NCBI RefSeq assembly: GCF_001194135.2
Contig: NC_068981.1
Location: 47,335,391-47,399,390 of the forward strand
Length of the DNA: 64,000 nt
From: Octopus bimaculoides
Lineage: Eukaryota
Direction: 5' to 3'
This document shows, one piece after another, positions 53,022 through 64,000 of the stretch (its first letter is position 1; each line of letters opens with the position of its first letter). The position numbers and the translations under genes were made by a program. Below the pieces are notes generated by a model. That model was given only the letters and a program-made list of their open reading frames with translations. It was not told where the DNA came from and searched no databases.

Positions 53022-53540
53022 TGATATTGTACGTACGTTTGTATATATGTATGTATGTGATCGTGTAAGTGAAGGAATGTGTTGTCATGCATATGTACCT
53101 ACATAAATACATATGCATACATCTTTTCGGCGTGTGTGCGTGTGTGTGTGTGAGAATGTGGTGTCTATGTGGCAATCTCTCTTTCTCTCTCTTTCTCTCT
53201 CATGNNNNNNNNNNAGAGAGAATGTGGTGTCTATGTGGCAATCTCTCTTTCTCTCTCTTTCTCTCTCATGCACACATACAAACATACATGCAAGAAAGAT
53301 ATATATCTATGTATGTACCTATACATGACAACACACACCTTTATTCGCTCTCTCTCTCTCTCTCTCGCTCTCTCTCTCTCGCTTTCTCTATATCTCGTTC
53401 TCTCTCTCACACACACACACATACACACCCATCCATTTCATGTGGTTTTTGTTACTGTATGTATATGTGTGGGTGCGCGCGTGAATGTGTCTAGCCTTCC
53501 CCAATCGCCAGACAAAAAGCACGTAAAGCATTTATAACAT
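52440..53540 (+). mobile_element. Helitron family copy C (5' and middle part)
   Basis: 52440-52900 is a direct, diverged copy of 49720-50170. Confidence 0.7.
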
Positions 53541-53559
53541 TACTTCTCTTCAAGGTAAG

Positions 53560-54150
53560 GTAGCAAAAAAGTATTGCAGTTGCTGTACCATTGACTGGCT
53601 TTGATGCCACCATTCTCCCAGAAGTGCGAACATCTCATTCTCCTTTAAAATTACCACTAAACCTGGTCACAAATGACAGTCCAATTTGTAACATACGCAA
53701 ACATTCAGGTTCACTAGAAGTGTTGAGCCAATGCCACCTTATCATTTTGGGATTAATGCACCATGTCACACAGAGGTGCAATGGAAGCTTTTGGTAAGAC
53801 TTTCCAAGACATCAGAGGTAACAATAAATCTATGGGAATAGCTACATTAGTTTTATCAGGAGACTTCAGAAAGATATTACTAATCATTCCAAGAAGAACA
53901 AGATCTGATGAAATAAAAGCATGCATTAAGTGTTCCCACCTATAGAATAAAGTAATGAAATTCTCCTTCAGTACTAATGTGCGACATTTATTACATGGGG
54001 ACCAATGTGCAAAAGAGTTTTCAACCTATGTCCTCCAATTGAGAAAATAGGAAAGTACCATTTGATGGGAATGGTGATATCAATTTGGCTTATATTGCTA
54101 TCATGGTGAATCCCTCAGCTGAATTGAAGAACAGGTTATTTCCAGATATA
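53560..54150 (+). mobile_element. Helitron RepHel PIF1-helicase fragment
   Basis: DATILPEVRTSHSPLKLPL, TMSHRGAMEA..QDIRGNNKSMG..VLSGDFRKILLIIPR and FSTYVLQL. Confidence 0.88.
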
Positions 54151-54450
54151 AGTAATAATTATAATTGTTTCCACAGCGATAATTCTCTTTTCAGTACATA
54201 AGTCGTTCCAGTTAACACGATTTTTTGCACTTCATGTTCGGATGGTAAGCTTGGAATCATTTTCAAATAGGTTTCAATATCTTTTCTTATCATTCCTAGA
54301 GATCCTACAATCACTGGTATGGTGGTCGCCATCAGATGCCACATATTTTCAATTTCTATTAGCAAATCTTTATATTTACTGATCTTGTCAAATTCTTTCG
54401 CCGCTATATGGTGAACGCAAGGAATACACATTTCAATTAATAAACATCTT
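54150..54450 (-). mobile_element. R4/Dong-like LINE 3' end (REL)
   Basis: AAKEFDKISKYKDLLIEIENMW..IPVIVGSLGMI..VQKIVLTGT. Confidence 0.85.
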
Positions 54451-54492
54451 TTTTTTGTCTGATCTTTTATAATAATATCCAGTTTATTAGCT

Positions 54493-54566
<74 letters not shown>

Positions 54567-54626
54567 GTAGTAGTAGTAGTAGTAGTGATAGTGGTAGTGG
54601 TAGTAGTATTGGTATTATTATTATTA

Positions 54627-54786
54627 TTCAGGTCACTGCCTGGAATCAAACGCGGAACCTTGGGGTTAGTAGCCAGCACTCTTAACCACTACGCCATATG
54701 TCTTCGGGAAGATGGCGTAGTGGTTAAGAGCTAGCTCGGGCTACTAACTCTAAGATTCCGAGTTTAATTCCAGGCAGTGACCTGAA
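54627..54786. mobile_element. Palindromic (divergent) dimer of a tRNA-like short element
   Basis: Arms 54627-54697 and 54712-54786 are reverse complements. Each has an A-box TGGCGTAGTGG and a degenerate B-box (GTTTGATTCC / GTTTAATTCC). The loop contains a CTTC-GG-GAAG hairpin. Confidence 0.8.
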
Positions 54787-54870
54787 TAATAATAATAAGA
54801 AGAAGAAGAACAACAATAACAACAACAAAAGTACTTGAGGAATGAGAACCCAGGTTCGAAGTTTCCCCAT

Positions 54871-54915
54871 GACACTTGATGAAGGCTGGAGAGTATATCA
54901 GCTGAAACATTGTGC
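54871..54915 (+). ncRNA. Degenerate minimal type I hammerhead (copy 1 of ~200-bp unit 54825-55000)
   Basis: GACAC-TTGATGA-A-GGCTG-(10)-CAGCT-GAAA-CA-TT-GTGC. Confidence 0.55.
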
Positions 54916-55009
54916 TAACAATAAACAAGATGAGGACAAATATCTGTCAAATGTAAATGATGTAAATAATGTACATAATTCCTCATCTCTTAAATATAGA
55001 ACTGTATCA

Positions 55010-55400
55010 TTCTTCACCTTATCAGATGACAGCTGGTGTACTACAAGGCGTCCATTCTTGGATTTCTGCTGCGTGTCATATATATTAACGACACATGCTA
55101 ACTTGAAGAATGTTATATTATTGAAATATGCAGATGACATCTAACAGATTTTAATGGTCAAACAGCTCTTACACGCTATAAAACTTGACTGAAATCTCAC
55201 TTGGATACTATACAACTCAAACTGTGGAAAATGGCGTCACTATGTAATTAATGAGGAAAAGCCAGGCGCTTACATACCCCTTCAACAACACCAGTATTAG
55301 ACAATCACAATATTATTCACCATCTTGAAAAAACAACATTTAGCATTAAAAAAAAAAAATCTGTATATCAAAGCACCCATGACGTATGGAAACATTTCTT
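55010..55400 (+). mobile_element. CR1/L2-like RT remnant
   Basis: AGVLQG.(S)ILGFLL..IYIND and ILLKYADDI, with frameshifts. Confidence 0.6.
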
Positions 55401-57039
55401 CACGTTCAGAATTGCTGAAGAATTGAATAAACTACCTGCATCAGTTGTTCGCTTTCGATACACAACATCTTTCAAAATTTGTGTTTCCTGAAATTTGCCA
55501 AAACTACACCTAATACTCATTTTTTGTAGTGCACCTGAGCACTGTATGCAAATGTTTCATTATTAATATATCATATATATATGAATAGAGATATTATTCC
55601 TAANNNNNNNNNNNNNNNNNNNNNNNNNNNNNNNNNNNNNNNNNNNNNNNNNNNNNNNNNNNNNNNNNNNNNNNNNNNNNNNNNNNNNNNNNNNNNNNNN
55701 NNNNNNNNNNNNNNNNNNNNNNNNNNNNNNNNNNNNNNNNNNNNNNNNNNNNNNNNNNNNNNNNNNNNNNNNNNNNNNNNNNNNNNNNNNNNNNNNNNNN
55801 NNNNNNNNNNNNNNNNNNNNNNNNNNNNNNNNNNNNNNNNNNNNNNNNNNNNNNNNNNNNNNNNNNNNNNNNNNNNNNNNNNNNNNNNNNNNNNNNNNNG
55901 CAGGTGTATAAACAACAAGTAGGTATATTAGTTTGACGCTCGGAAAACAGAGAAAGTTTTTTTTTATGTTTTCAGCCTACACTCTTCAACAGAGAGGAGT
56001 ACGAGGAAATAAAAAAAGGGGGGCACAGTCCACGGAACATGCTCTGGCAAGGGTGGTGAGGGGATATCCACGAAGGATGAAGTGGCGAGCCATGAGTTGA
56101 GACTAGAGAGAGCGAGAGAGAATGTGAGAGGGGAGAGAGAGAGCGAGAGGGGGAGGCAGGGAGACAGAGGAGGATCGATTGATTACTAACATTAAACAGA
56201 TTATTTCTTCTTTAACAACTACAATTTCTAACTTCGAGGACGATCATATGGCTGTTCTCCTGAGTTTGTATCGGTGTTTCTAAATATCACCGAAATTGGC
56301 TTTTATAAATTTTATAAATTTTGTAAGCTTTTAGTATTAGTCAAACTTTAGAATTTGTCTCTGTACATTTGTTGTAAATACACGCGTACATTGATCAAAA
56401 TAACAGTTATAAATATAATTTTCAATATTAAGTTTTGTCTAGAATTGGAGTATCCTAAAACGAATATCTTATCATAGTGGAATTCTAATTTGAACTCACC
56501 ATTTAACCCGTCCGATTCGTTGCTTTCTGGTGCTATTCACAAATGTTTCGGATTTAAAGTTTAGAAAATCTATCATTACGAATTTTAAAAAAACAAAAAA
56601 ACAAAAAAAAAAAAACATTTCATTTATAATTTTCAAACTTTCATAATAACCATTTTCTATGTAAGTAATCTTTTAGTTTTAGATTTTCGGGATTTTCCCC
56701 ATTTTGTAATACCTCACATTTAAAAATACTCGAAGGCAGACTTTCTTAATAACTTTTTAATGCATGCTTTTGTAAACGTATGCTGTTCCCCTCATCGTAC
56801 TTTCGGAACACAATCCACAATTTTTTGAAATACTTTTATCTTGAAGTACTTTTATCTTTACTTTTATAGAAAAACATTTGTAAAGCCTACTATACATAAA
56901 TTGAAATGTCTCTTTAGTTTTAAAAAATTTTTTTTTCGGGATCTGAATTGAGAAGTTTTAAACGGATAAACGAAATTAGGATATTTTTTTCTCGAAAAGT
57001 AAGTATTAAAAGTGGTTTTTAATGTGGAATACTATAATA

Positions 57040-58460
57040 TTGAAGATATATTGTGCGGTACCGCTAGAACAACGAAATTTTGCTTATAGTTAGGTAAGTC
57101 TCGTTCGTCAAGCGATAAAGCTATGTTTCTCACATATGTTAGCTCTGGCAAAGATTAACGATTAGTTCAGGACCTAATATTCGTATGACACCGAGACACA
57201 GAGATGAGGAATCAGTATTTCGTTTTGGTCAATAGTTAGGGCACTGCATCATCAGTATTTTGAGAGAGTTATGCTTAGTGTGCTTATAGTGCACTGTGAA
57301 ATCCATATGAAATTTCTAGATGCAAATAACCTAAGCAGTAGACTTAAGGCATGGAACAACACTGTTATAACAACAATAAATAAAATAAAGACACCTGCTC
57401 TCAATTGTCCACAGATTCAAGCGCCCTGTATTGAGAATAATAAAAAACTTTGAATGTTTGTCGTTGGTCACAGAAGGTCGATGGCTGTTAAAAGGAAACT
57501 ACCTGAAAGTTAAGTTTGTAATCCCCTTTTAAAAAAGTTGCTGAATTGTGGCAAGTCTCTTAATATGTTCTTTGTGATGAACCAAGGAACATCATGATAT
57601 TTCTTATATCCAAGTATATTCCCAAATTTCAATGAAATCAATTTGCAACTGGAATGAAATGCGGCTAAATCTTAGCAAAGTAAGATCAGCCGCCTCCACT
57701 TTCCTGTCTATGTTAGTTATTCAAATGTATCATAACCCGTCATCAGATCTTCCAGATTCCCAACCTCTGAACTGGAGAAGAAACAATTGCATAGAAGATG
57801 ACGTTCACGTGCATTGTTGAGATATGGATGAGCTGCACAGAGACATGGCTGACAGAGTTCAGGATATGTATGCTTTATTAAAGTAACAATTTGAGCAATA
57901 CCTGGGAATCAATAATGAAGAAACAAGAATATTCGACGAACTGATTTCACTTTAAATTAACATTGAACTGAGGCTTAAGTTTAACAAATATCAGTACTTT
58001 AGGTTACTAAAGGATATTTCAGTCTTCTACCTGCACAGTAGAACACACTTATGATGTACTTCATTACTTTCCCAACATAGTTTTATAGCGTGCTAAAATA
58101 AAGTTGCCTCATTTCTTTGTAAACATTACTGAATTTTCAGTATGATGCCGAGAAGCTGGTATCCCTGTTCAATGTACATATCAGTATGATGAACGCATCA
58201 GTGCGATGCGAAGAAGATGGTATCCCTGTACAATGTACATATATCTCATTAAAAGTGGGAAAACAGCATATTTACTCGTGAAATGAAAATTTACTCATAT
58301 TGTTAAAACGGCAAAATAATTGGTTAACTAAGTTATTTGTGAAATAAAGTTGATTTGAATTCAAAATATTATTGCGGTGGTAAGTTTGTAAATGTGGGAG
58401 CACTAAGAATGGGGCCTAGGTGCCAAAGGGGTGGCAGCACCAACAATTTGGGAACCACTA
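57040..58460 (+). mobile_element. hAT (Buster/Charlie-like) transposon 3' remnant
   Basis: VHCEIH..NLSSRL..VITTINKIKTPALN..CIENN, LHRDMADR and ELISL..NIELRLKF. Right TIR-like TTTGGGAACCACTA at 58447-58460. Confidence 0.8.
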
Positions 58461-59580
58461 AGATATACGATGAATATGAAAATCATTTATCGTGGCCCCT
58501 ATCATAAGTTTTTTCCGAATCTAACAACTATCCAAAATATCTTGAGATTATACCGAATGAAGAAATTAAGTAATCTAAAAATACAAAGTATTAATTTTTA
58601 TGGCATTACATTAGGGAAGATATTAAAAAGCAGTTCCAGAATGAATTATTGTTAAATGCTGTGAAAAAAATAATACAGTTTGCTACATAGTTTGAATCTC
58701 AATATAAAATAAAAACAAAATGTCCTGCACTATATTTTATTCGGACGGGACAACGAATTCATTAAAATTGATCATCAAACTTCTATGTACCCAAAATTAA
58801 AAGCTTCCCTAGTCTCTTTGTCCAAATATAATTATTTAGAATAAAATGTTTTTGTTATAACCATGACTCCTTCCATAATTAAGGAATTAAATACGTCACT
58901 TATTATCTTCAATTTACTTGTTGCAGTATTTATAAATGCTACACATAAGGTAATATAAATAAAAAGGAATTCAAAATATTTTCAGATGTCACATTTTCAG
59001 AACATATACATGTAATCTAAAAATTTACTATTTGTTCAAAAAATATGCTGTATATAGATTTGTACTAAAATGTTAGGTTTATTTTTGATTTCAGAATTTT
59101 TAAAAATCTCAGTGTGTAACAGCCATTAATTGTGTAGTTGAATATATAAAGAAAATGCCTTGTACTTAGAGGGGAAAATCACTTTAAAAGAAATATTGTA
59201 ATAGGATGAGAGTAGATATCCATGTCAAATATTAATAATGAACAATCATTGGCTTCTAAACGGTTGTAACAGGTTTTGATACTATTTAAATATCAAATAA
59301 AAAAATACAAATAAAAATATTTTATGCTAAATCTGCAGGCGCATTCTTAAAGGAAAATTGTTAAAAAGCATTGCAATGGACTGTGTCTATCTGTGACCCA
59401 GATTAACGTATATATCTGAATAAGCGAGCAATGTGCGTATGTCTTGGAAGTAAAAATTCTAAGGATTTGGAAAAAGGACATCATATGAACATTTAAAATG
59501 TAAAAGTCTAAAATTGCACTAGTATGTGGTGTGTGTGTATGTATGTGTGAGTATGTGTGTGTGGGGATTTTGTGTGTATG

Positions 59581-59625
<45 letters not shown>

Positions 59626-59769
59626 AGACGTGACAGCACTAAATGGACACCACATAAAACACCGATTTATGTTTACTTTAACTCGAAAAGCTTTATATAT
59701 TTTATAAATTGACTTTTTATGCTTCACATTCCATATCTGACTCTTTAATCATGTCATGTATAAAAGAAG

Positions 59770-60000
59770 CATTAGGGCGGTCATTCTGAAAGTGTACCTG
59801 GCATAAAATAGCAGAAAACCTTGGTATCCCGTTTTCTACAGTGCGTAAATTATTTCTTCTTTGGTGCGTTTCCTTTCAACCGCTTCTTGGAATCGAGTAT
59901 TGTATTCGGCACATACAGATTTGGCATGACTTCTGATCTGCAAAGCGGCAGTTTGCACTATCATCACTGTGCCAGCAGTCCCCCTTGCAGGTAAATTTAG
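59770..60000 (-). mobile_element. Possible piggyBac-like C-terminal remnant
   Basis: Minus frame KSVCAEYNTRFQEAVERKRTKEEIIY..GY loosely resembles a piggyBac Cys-rich tail. No TIR found. Confidence 0.25.
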
Positions 60001-60843
60001 CATATACTCCTGCATTTACTTTATTAACTCCTAAGTCTTTTGTGATTGGGTATACATGGGAAAGAGAGGAGAAAGAGAGGCAGGAAAGAGAGAAAAGTGA
60101 AAGGAATAAGATAAGGGTAAAAGTGTTAAAAAAGGTAATAAAATAAAAAAATAAAAGTATAAAAAATATAAGTAAACGTAATTATAGAGATATCATAAAT
60201 GAGGTTTGTGAGTGGGTTTATATGGGAGAGGGATAACAAAGGACAGAGAGAGAAGGAAATGGAATAAACATAATATAGGGTACATGAGTAAAAATCAGAA
60301 TAAAAGTAAATGTAATGATAGACATAAGTCAGTATTGTATCGGTGTGAGAGGTTAAACGACAAAGGATGATATTATAGTAGTTAGTACAGATATTTGAAT
60401 TATATTTCAACCTAATAGCAATTAAATGATACCAGATAGAGGTTTAACTACTAACTTTATAACTTAAGATTGAAAATCAAAAATTATAATTTAAAACCTA
60501 AACTTCAAAATATAAACTAAGAAAAATAAAATCTAAAAACTACAAAACTAAAACTTTTAAAATGAAACTAGCTAGATCCTAACATGTTTATGTTGATAGA
60601 AATATAGAGGAAAAAGAAGACATTGCACATGCACATATACGTATATATGGATATAGATATATACATATAGATACATATTCATATACATATATATATACAC
60701 TTTACTGTAACTTAACATTTTGACCTCTCATTTCGATGCAATAATCTGCATATCTGTAACATTTACTTTACTTATATTTTTCAATTTCTCAATTATTTCA
60801 TCTTTTACCCCTATCTTATTTTTATTCTCTTCTCCGGTTTGTT

Positions 60844-60896
<53 letters not shown>

Positions 60897-61323
60897 GTGT
60901 ATATATATATATATATCTCCCATGCATGCCCATTCACAAAATCTATTTATGTCTATCTTACTTTCTCTCTATATATATACACATTTACAACATGAATACA
61001 TCATATAGAATAATGCCAAAAGAGCGCCTTGATTTACCTGGCATTTTAACTGAGAACATTTAACTTCATAGAAGTACCGATCAACATCCATATCCTCTAG
61101 TAACAGATAAGCTGTGAACTTTATACACCTGCCTATATTCTTCTTAGTACATTTAATCTTTGTTCTTCTATTTTATTCCTCATTAACTGTGAACGTTATT
61201 CCTTGTAAACAGTAAACTTTCCATGTTTAAACTATTCATAACTTGTCTATAATGAGGGAATGTCTAGTGTATGGAAATGCTAAACTACCATTTGGATTAT
61301 CACGGAAATGCTGAAATACTTCA

Positions 61324-61373
<50 letters not shown>

Positions 61374-61454
61374 CAATAATATTAATAATGATAATCATAA
61401 TCATAATAATGATAATAATAATAATGATACCAATAATAATAATAATAATAATAA

Positions 61455-62010
61455 ATGCCCGGATGCAGTACCAGGCAGTGGCTCTCATGGCTTCTGATCG
61501 TAATTGATTGGAAGTGTTATCATGTACATTGTTTTGTCCTGGTATAAAAGATGGTCTACAGCAAATATTCTGCTCAGTACCACAGATTTGCTTGTCAGTT
61601 GTTTGACCTTAACCAGTTGAGCATGTGCCTTGGTGGCTGACGATATGTGGATCTCTGATCATGAGCAAAAGTATTGGGGAAGAATCATTGCCATGTGTTG
61701 AGAGGAATTCTTTGGTGTCTGAATAATTCACCTTTGGAAACATGGGTGTTTTGCTCAAAATCCTTAAATAAAATTTGTTCAGGGACCTTTTGAGCCGGAT
61801 GGGCTATTCGACCTGAAGAAAATTCTGACTGTGCCCCACCTGCGAGGTCATGTGCTGTTTATCTTGATATGAGATCACCATGTCGCACACATATGGTTGT
61901 GAAGCATGTGCCTGGTCTACCCTTATCAGACGGGTAGTCATGATGGTTGTAATGGGCTTCGTATAATTTACCCCAGTGTCACTTTGATGGCACGCACTGC
62001 TCTCTCACTC
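61455..62010 (+). repeat. Interspersed ~550-bp repeat family, full copy between (AAT)n runs
   Basis: Homologous to 5215-5885 and 18255-18510. Confidence 0.75.
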
Positions 62011-62029
62011 AATAATAATAATAATAATG

Positions 62030-62072
<43 letters not shown>

Positions 62073-62144
62073 GAAGAAGAAGAAGAAGAAGAACATCGAA
62101 AAAATACGTTAGGAATGAGAATCCAGGTTCGAAATTTCCCCCAA

Positions 62145-62190
62145 GACACCTGATGAAGTCTGGGGGGCATATCAGCCAAAACGTTGTATG
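62145..62190 (+). ncRNA. Degenerate minimal type I hammerhead (copy 2 of ~200-bp unit 62095-62280)
   Basis: GACAC-CTGATGA-A-GTCTG-(10)-CAGCC-AAAA-CG-TT-GTAT. Confidence 0.55.
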
Positions 62191-62554
62191 AACAACAAAC
62201 AAGATGAGGACATATATCCGTCAAATGTAAATAAAGTAAATAATGTACATAATTCATCAACTTTTAAATATAGAACTGTATTATCGTTTAAAACATTTTG
62301 TACAGTAAATAAGATATAGGATGTATGAAATACTAAAGTTTAAATTCAGTTTTCCCTGCAATCATTCGCATATACCTTGATCAGCATCTGAATGTGGCCT
62401 AGATAGCAGAAACGAACGAATAACATAGTAGCGTAGGCTTGAGGTAGTAAACCCGCTACTCATGCAAGACTGTAGGAGTTCCAACAAAATCTGTGATAAA
62501 GATAAAATAATAATAATAATAAGAAGAAGAAGAAGAAGAAGAAGAATGATAATA

Positions 62555-62775
62555 ATAAAGAATATTAGGGACGTCATGAAAGTATAGAAAAGATTGTGCA
62601 TTGGACACTGCAACAAGTATGGGCTTCTCAGAGCAAAAACAAAGAAGTGGTATGAACATAAAACCGAAATTGATAATACAATGATCCTATGGGATTTCAT
62701 GATTCAGTGCGACCATGAAATAGAAACTACGAAACGAGACATAGTTTTAATTTAGAAAGAAATCAAATACTAAAG
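62555..62775 (+). mobile_element. R4/Dong-like LINE REL fragment
   Basis: KIVHWTL..KWYEHK..ILWDFMIQCDHEIET..DIV. Confidence 0.75.
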
Positions 62776-62831
<56 letters not shown>

Positions 62832-62879
62832 CAGCTTCGCTACCTCACATGAGTGAAATGAAAAAAAATGAAATATTGT

Positions 62880-64000
62880 GAATAACGGTGGTAATGAAAC
62901 TGAAGCTATTAGTGACAGTGTTGCACTCGGAAGGCTCAGAGATTGGTGTCCGGCTCCAGCCTGTCGATATCAAGAAAGAGAGTAATGGTGCTCAAATTAG
63001 GGGTAACCAACAATGTATGTGTGATCATTGGATCAAAAAGGGATTGTTTCAACTCACGGAACAGAAACTATGCAATCAAGCTTGAGCAATAAGAACAAAT
63101 CTTAGGTCCAGTGAAGTAGAGCTCGAAGCTATCAAAAGACGGGTCTTGGAAAATTGTAGCAGAGATAACGGTGAAAATACAGCTTTTACTAATAGAAGTA
63201 ATCTCATAGCACAGTACAAGAGCAGTGGTGGATTACTTAATGAGAGACATATAGATGACTATAAAACTACTTGCGAAATGACAGATCTACAAAAGGTTAT
63301 CTACGACAGAAAAAAGGCAAGACTACAGGAGAATGATAACGACATAATTTCCAAGCTTAAAAAAAGGTTAATCGATGGAAATTGACCCAAGAAACGAAAA
63401 ATGTCAATGAAATTCTGAAATACATCAGAACAAACAACAACATAGAAACGTATATTTCGATCAAGGCAGCAGGTATTGTTGTAGCAGAAAGCATGGGTGT
63501 TGATGACATGAATAAGAAATATAATAGGAATGACAAAAGAAAACAGCCATGGTGGAAAACAGAATGCAGGCAAGGTTAGATATGCTTTCGAAGGAAATGT
63601 CTGTGTTAGACTGCAAAGAGAAAGGGGGGTTTAAAAGCGAACAAAAATAGAGGGCGCTGGAAAGGAAGTATGATATTGAAATAAATGGCTTGAAAATGGT
63701 AATGGAGGAACTGAAACAGCGCCGCGTTGCAAAGAAAGCAAAAATGGTAACATACGTCCAAAGCATGAAGGGTTACTACCAGAATAGGGTATTCAGAGTA
63801 GATCAGAAGAGATTCTATAAATTAATAAATGGAGAGTGTACAGATGAAAAGTTGATACCAGATAACATTCAAAGTCAATGGTTTTAGAGTAACATCTAGA
63901 GCAAAGACAAGAGCACAAAAAAGATGAAAGAACTGAAACAAAATGTAGACTGCCCCAAACAGGCAGAACTAGATATTTTAATTAAGGAAGTGAAGGATAT
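62880..64000 (+). mobile_element. R4/Dong-like LINE N-terminal (pre-RT) region, runs off window
   Basis: KQPWWK and EELKQRRVAKKAK..YQNRVFRVDQKRFYKLING. Confidence 0.75.

Noticed and set aside
54627-54786. Possible genuine tRNA genes
   Set aside because: B-boxes are degenerate, no convincing acceptor stem is seen, and the AAT tails and palindromic arrangement indicate SINE-like derivatives.
33361-64000. Search for a second CAP paralogue or other host exons upstream
   Set aside because: No splice-flanked exon with recognisable non-transposon protein motifs was found by eye. Short or non-coding exons could have been missed.

Overview
AT-rich, microsatellite- and retroelement-saturated animal genomic scaffold with many N gaps. 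The repeat families and the gene point to a cephalopod, most likely Octopus (inference). One host gene is recoverable by hand. It is a minus-strand, spliced, secreted CAP-superfamily (CRISP/Antigen-5/PR-1) gene resembling Conus Tex31-type mollusc CAP proteins. It has a TATA box at ~33352-33359 and five phase-consistent GT-AG coding exons (33297-33226, 30241-30089, 19387-19297, 8210-8071, 378-284; 551 nt), and it runs off the left edge. The rest is decayed mobile DNA: about 12 R4/Dong-like RT-CCHC-REL LINE fragments piled up on (AAT)n runs, Penelope-like elements, a near full-length Tx1-type LINE, Helitrons, mariner/Tc1, hAT, Chapaev-like and CR1-like remnants, and two tRNA-derived SINE families. 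Most notable: (i) several hammerhead-ribozyme motifs, including a 440-bp palindrome with two head-to-head hammerheads and a palindromic tRNA-like head coupled to a hammerhead unit; (ii) a Helitron nested in its own family that contains a copy of its own empty insertion site; (iii) a promoter-proximal block duplicated into intron 2 of the CAP gene, carrying a candidate in-frame 66-nt exon; (iv) a TIR/8-bp-TSD element with internal TTAGGG repeats. All alignments were done by eye, and element boundaries are approximate unless exact junctions are given.
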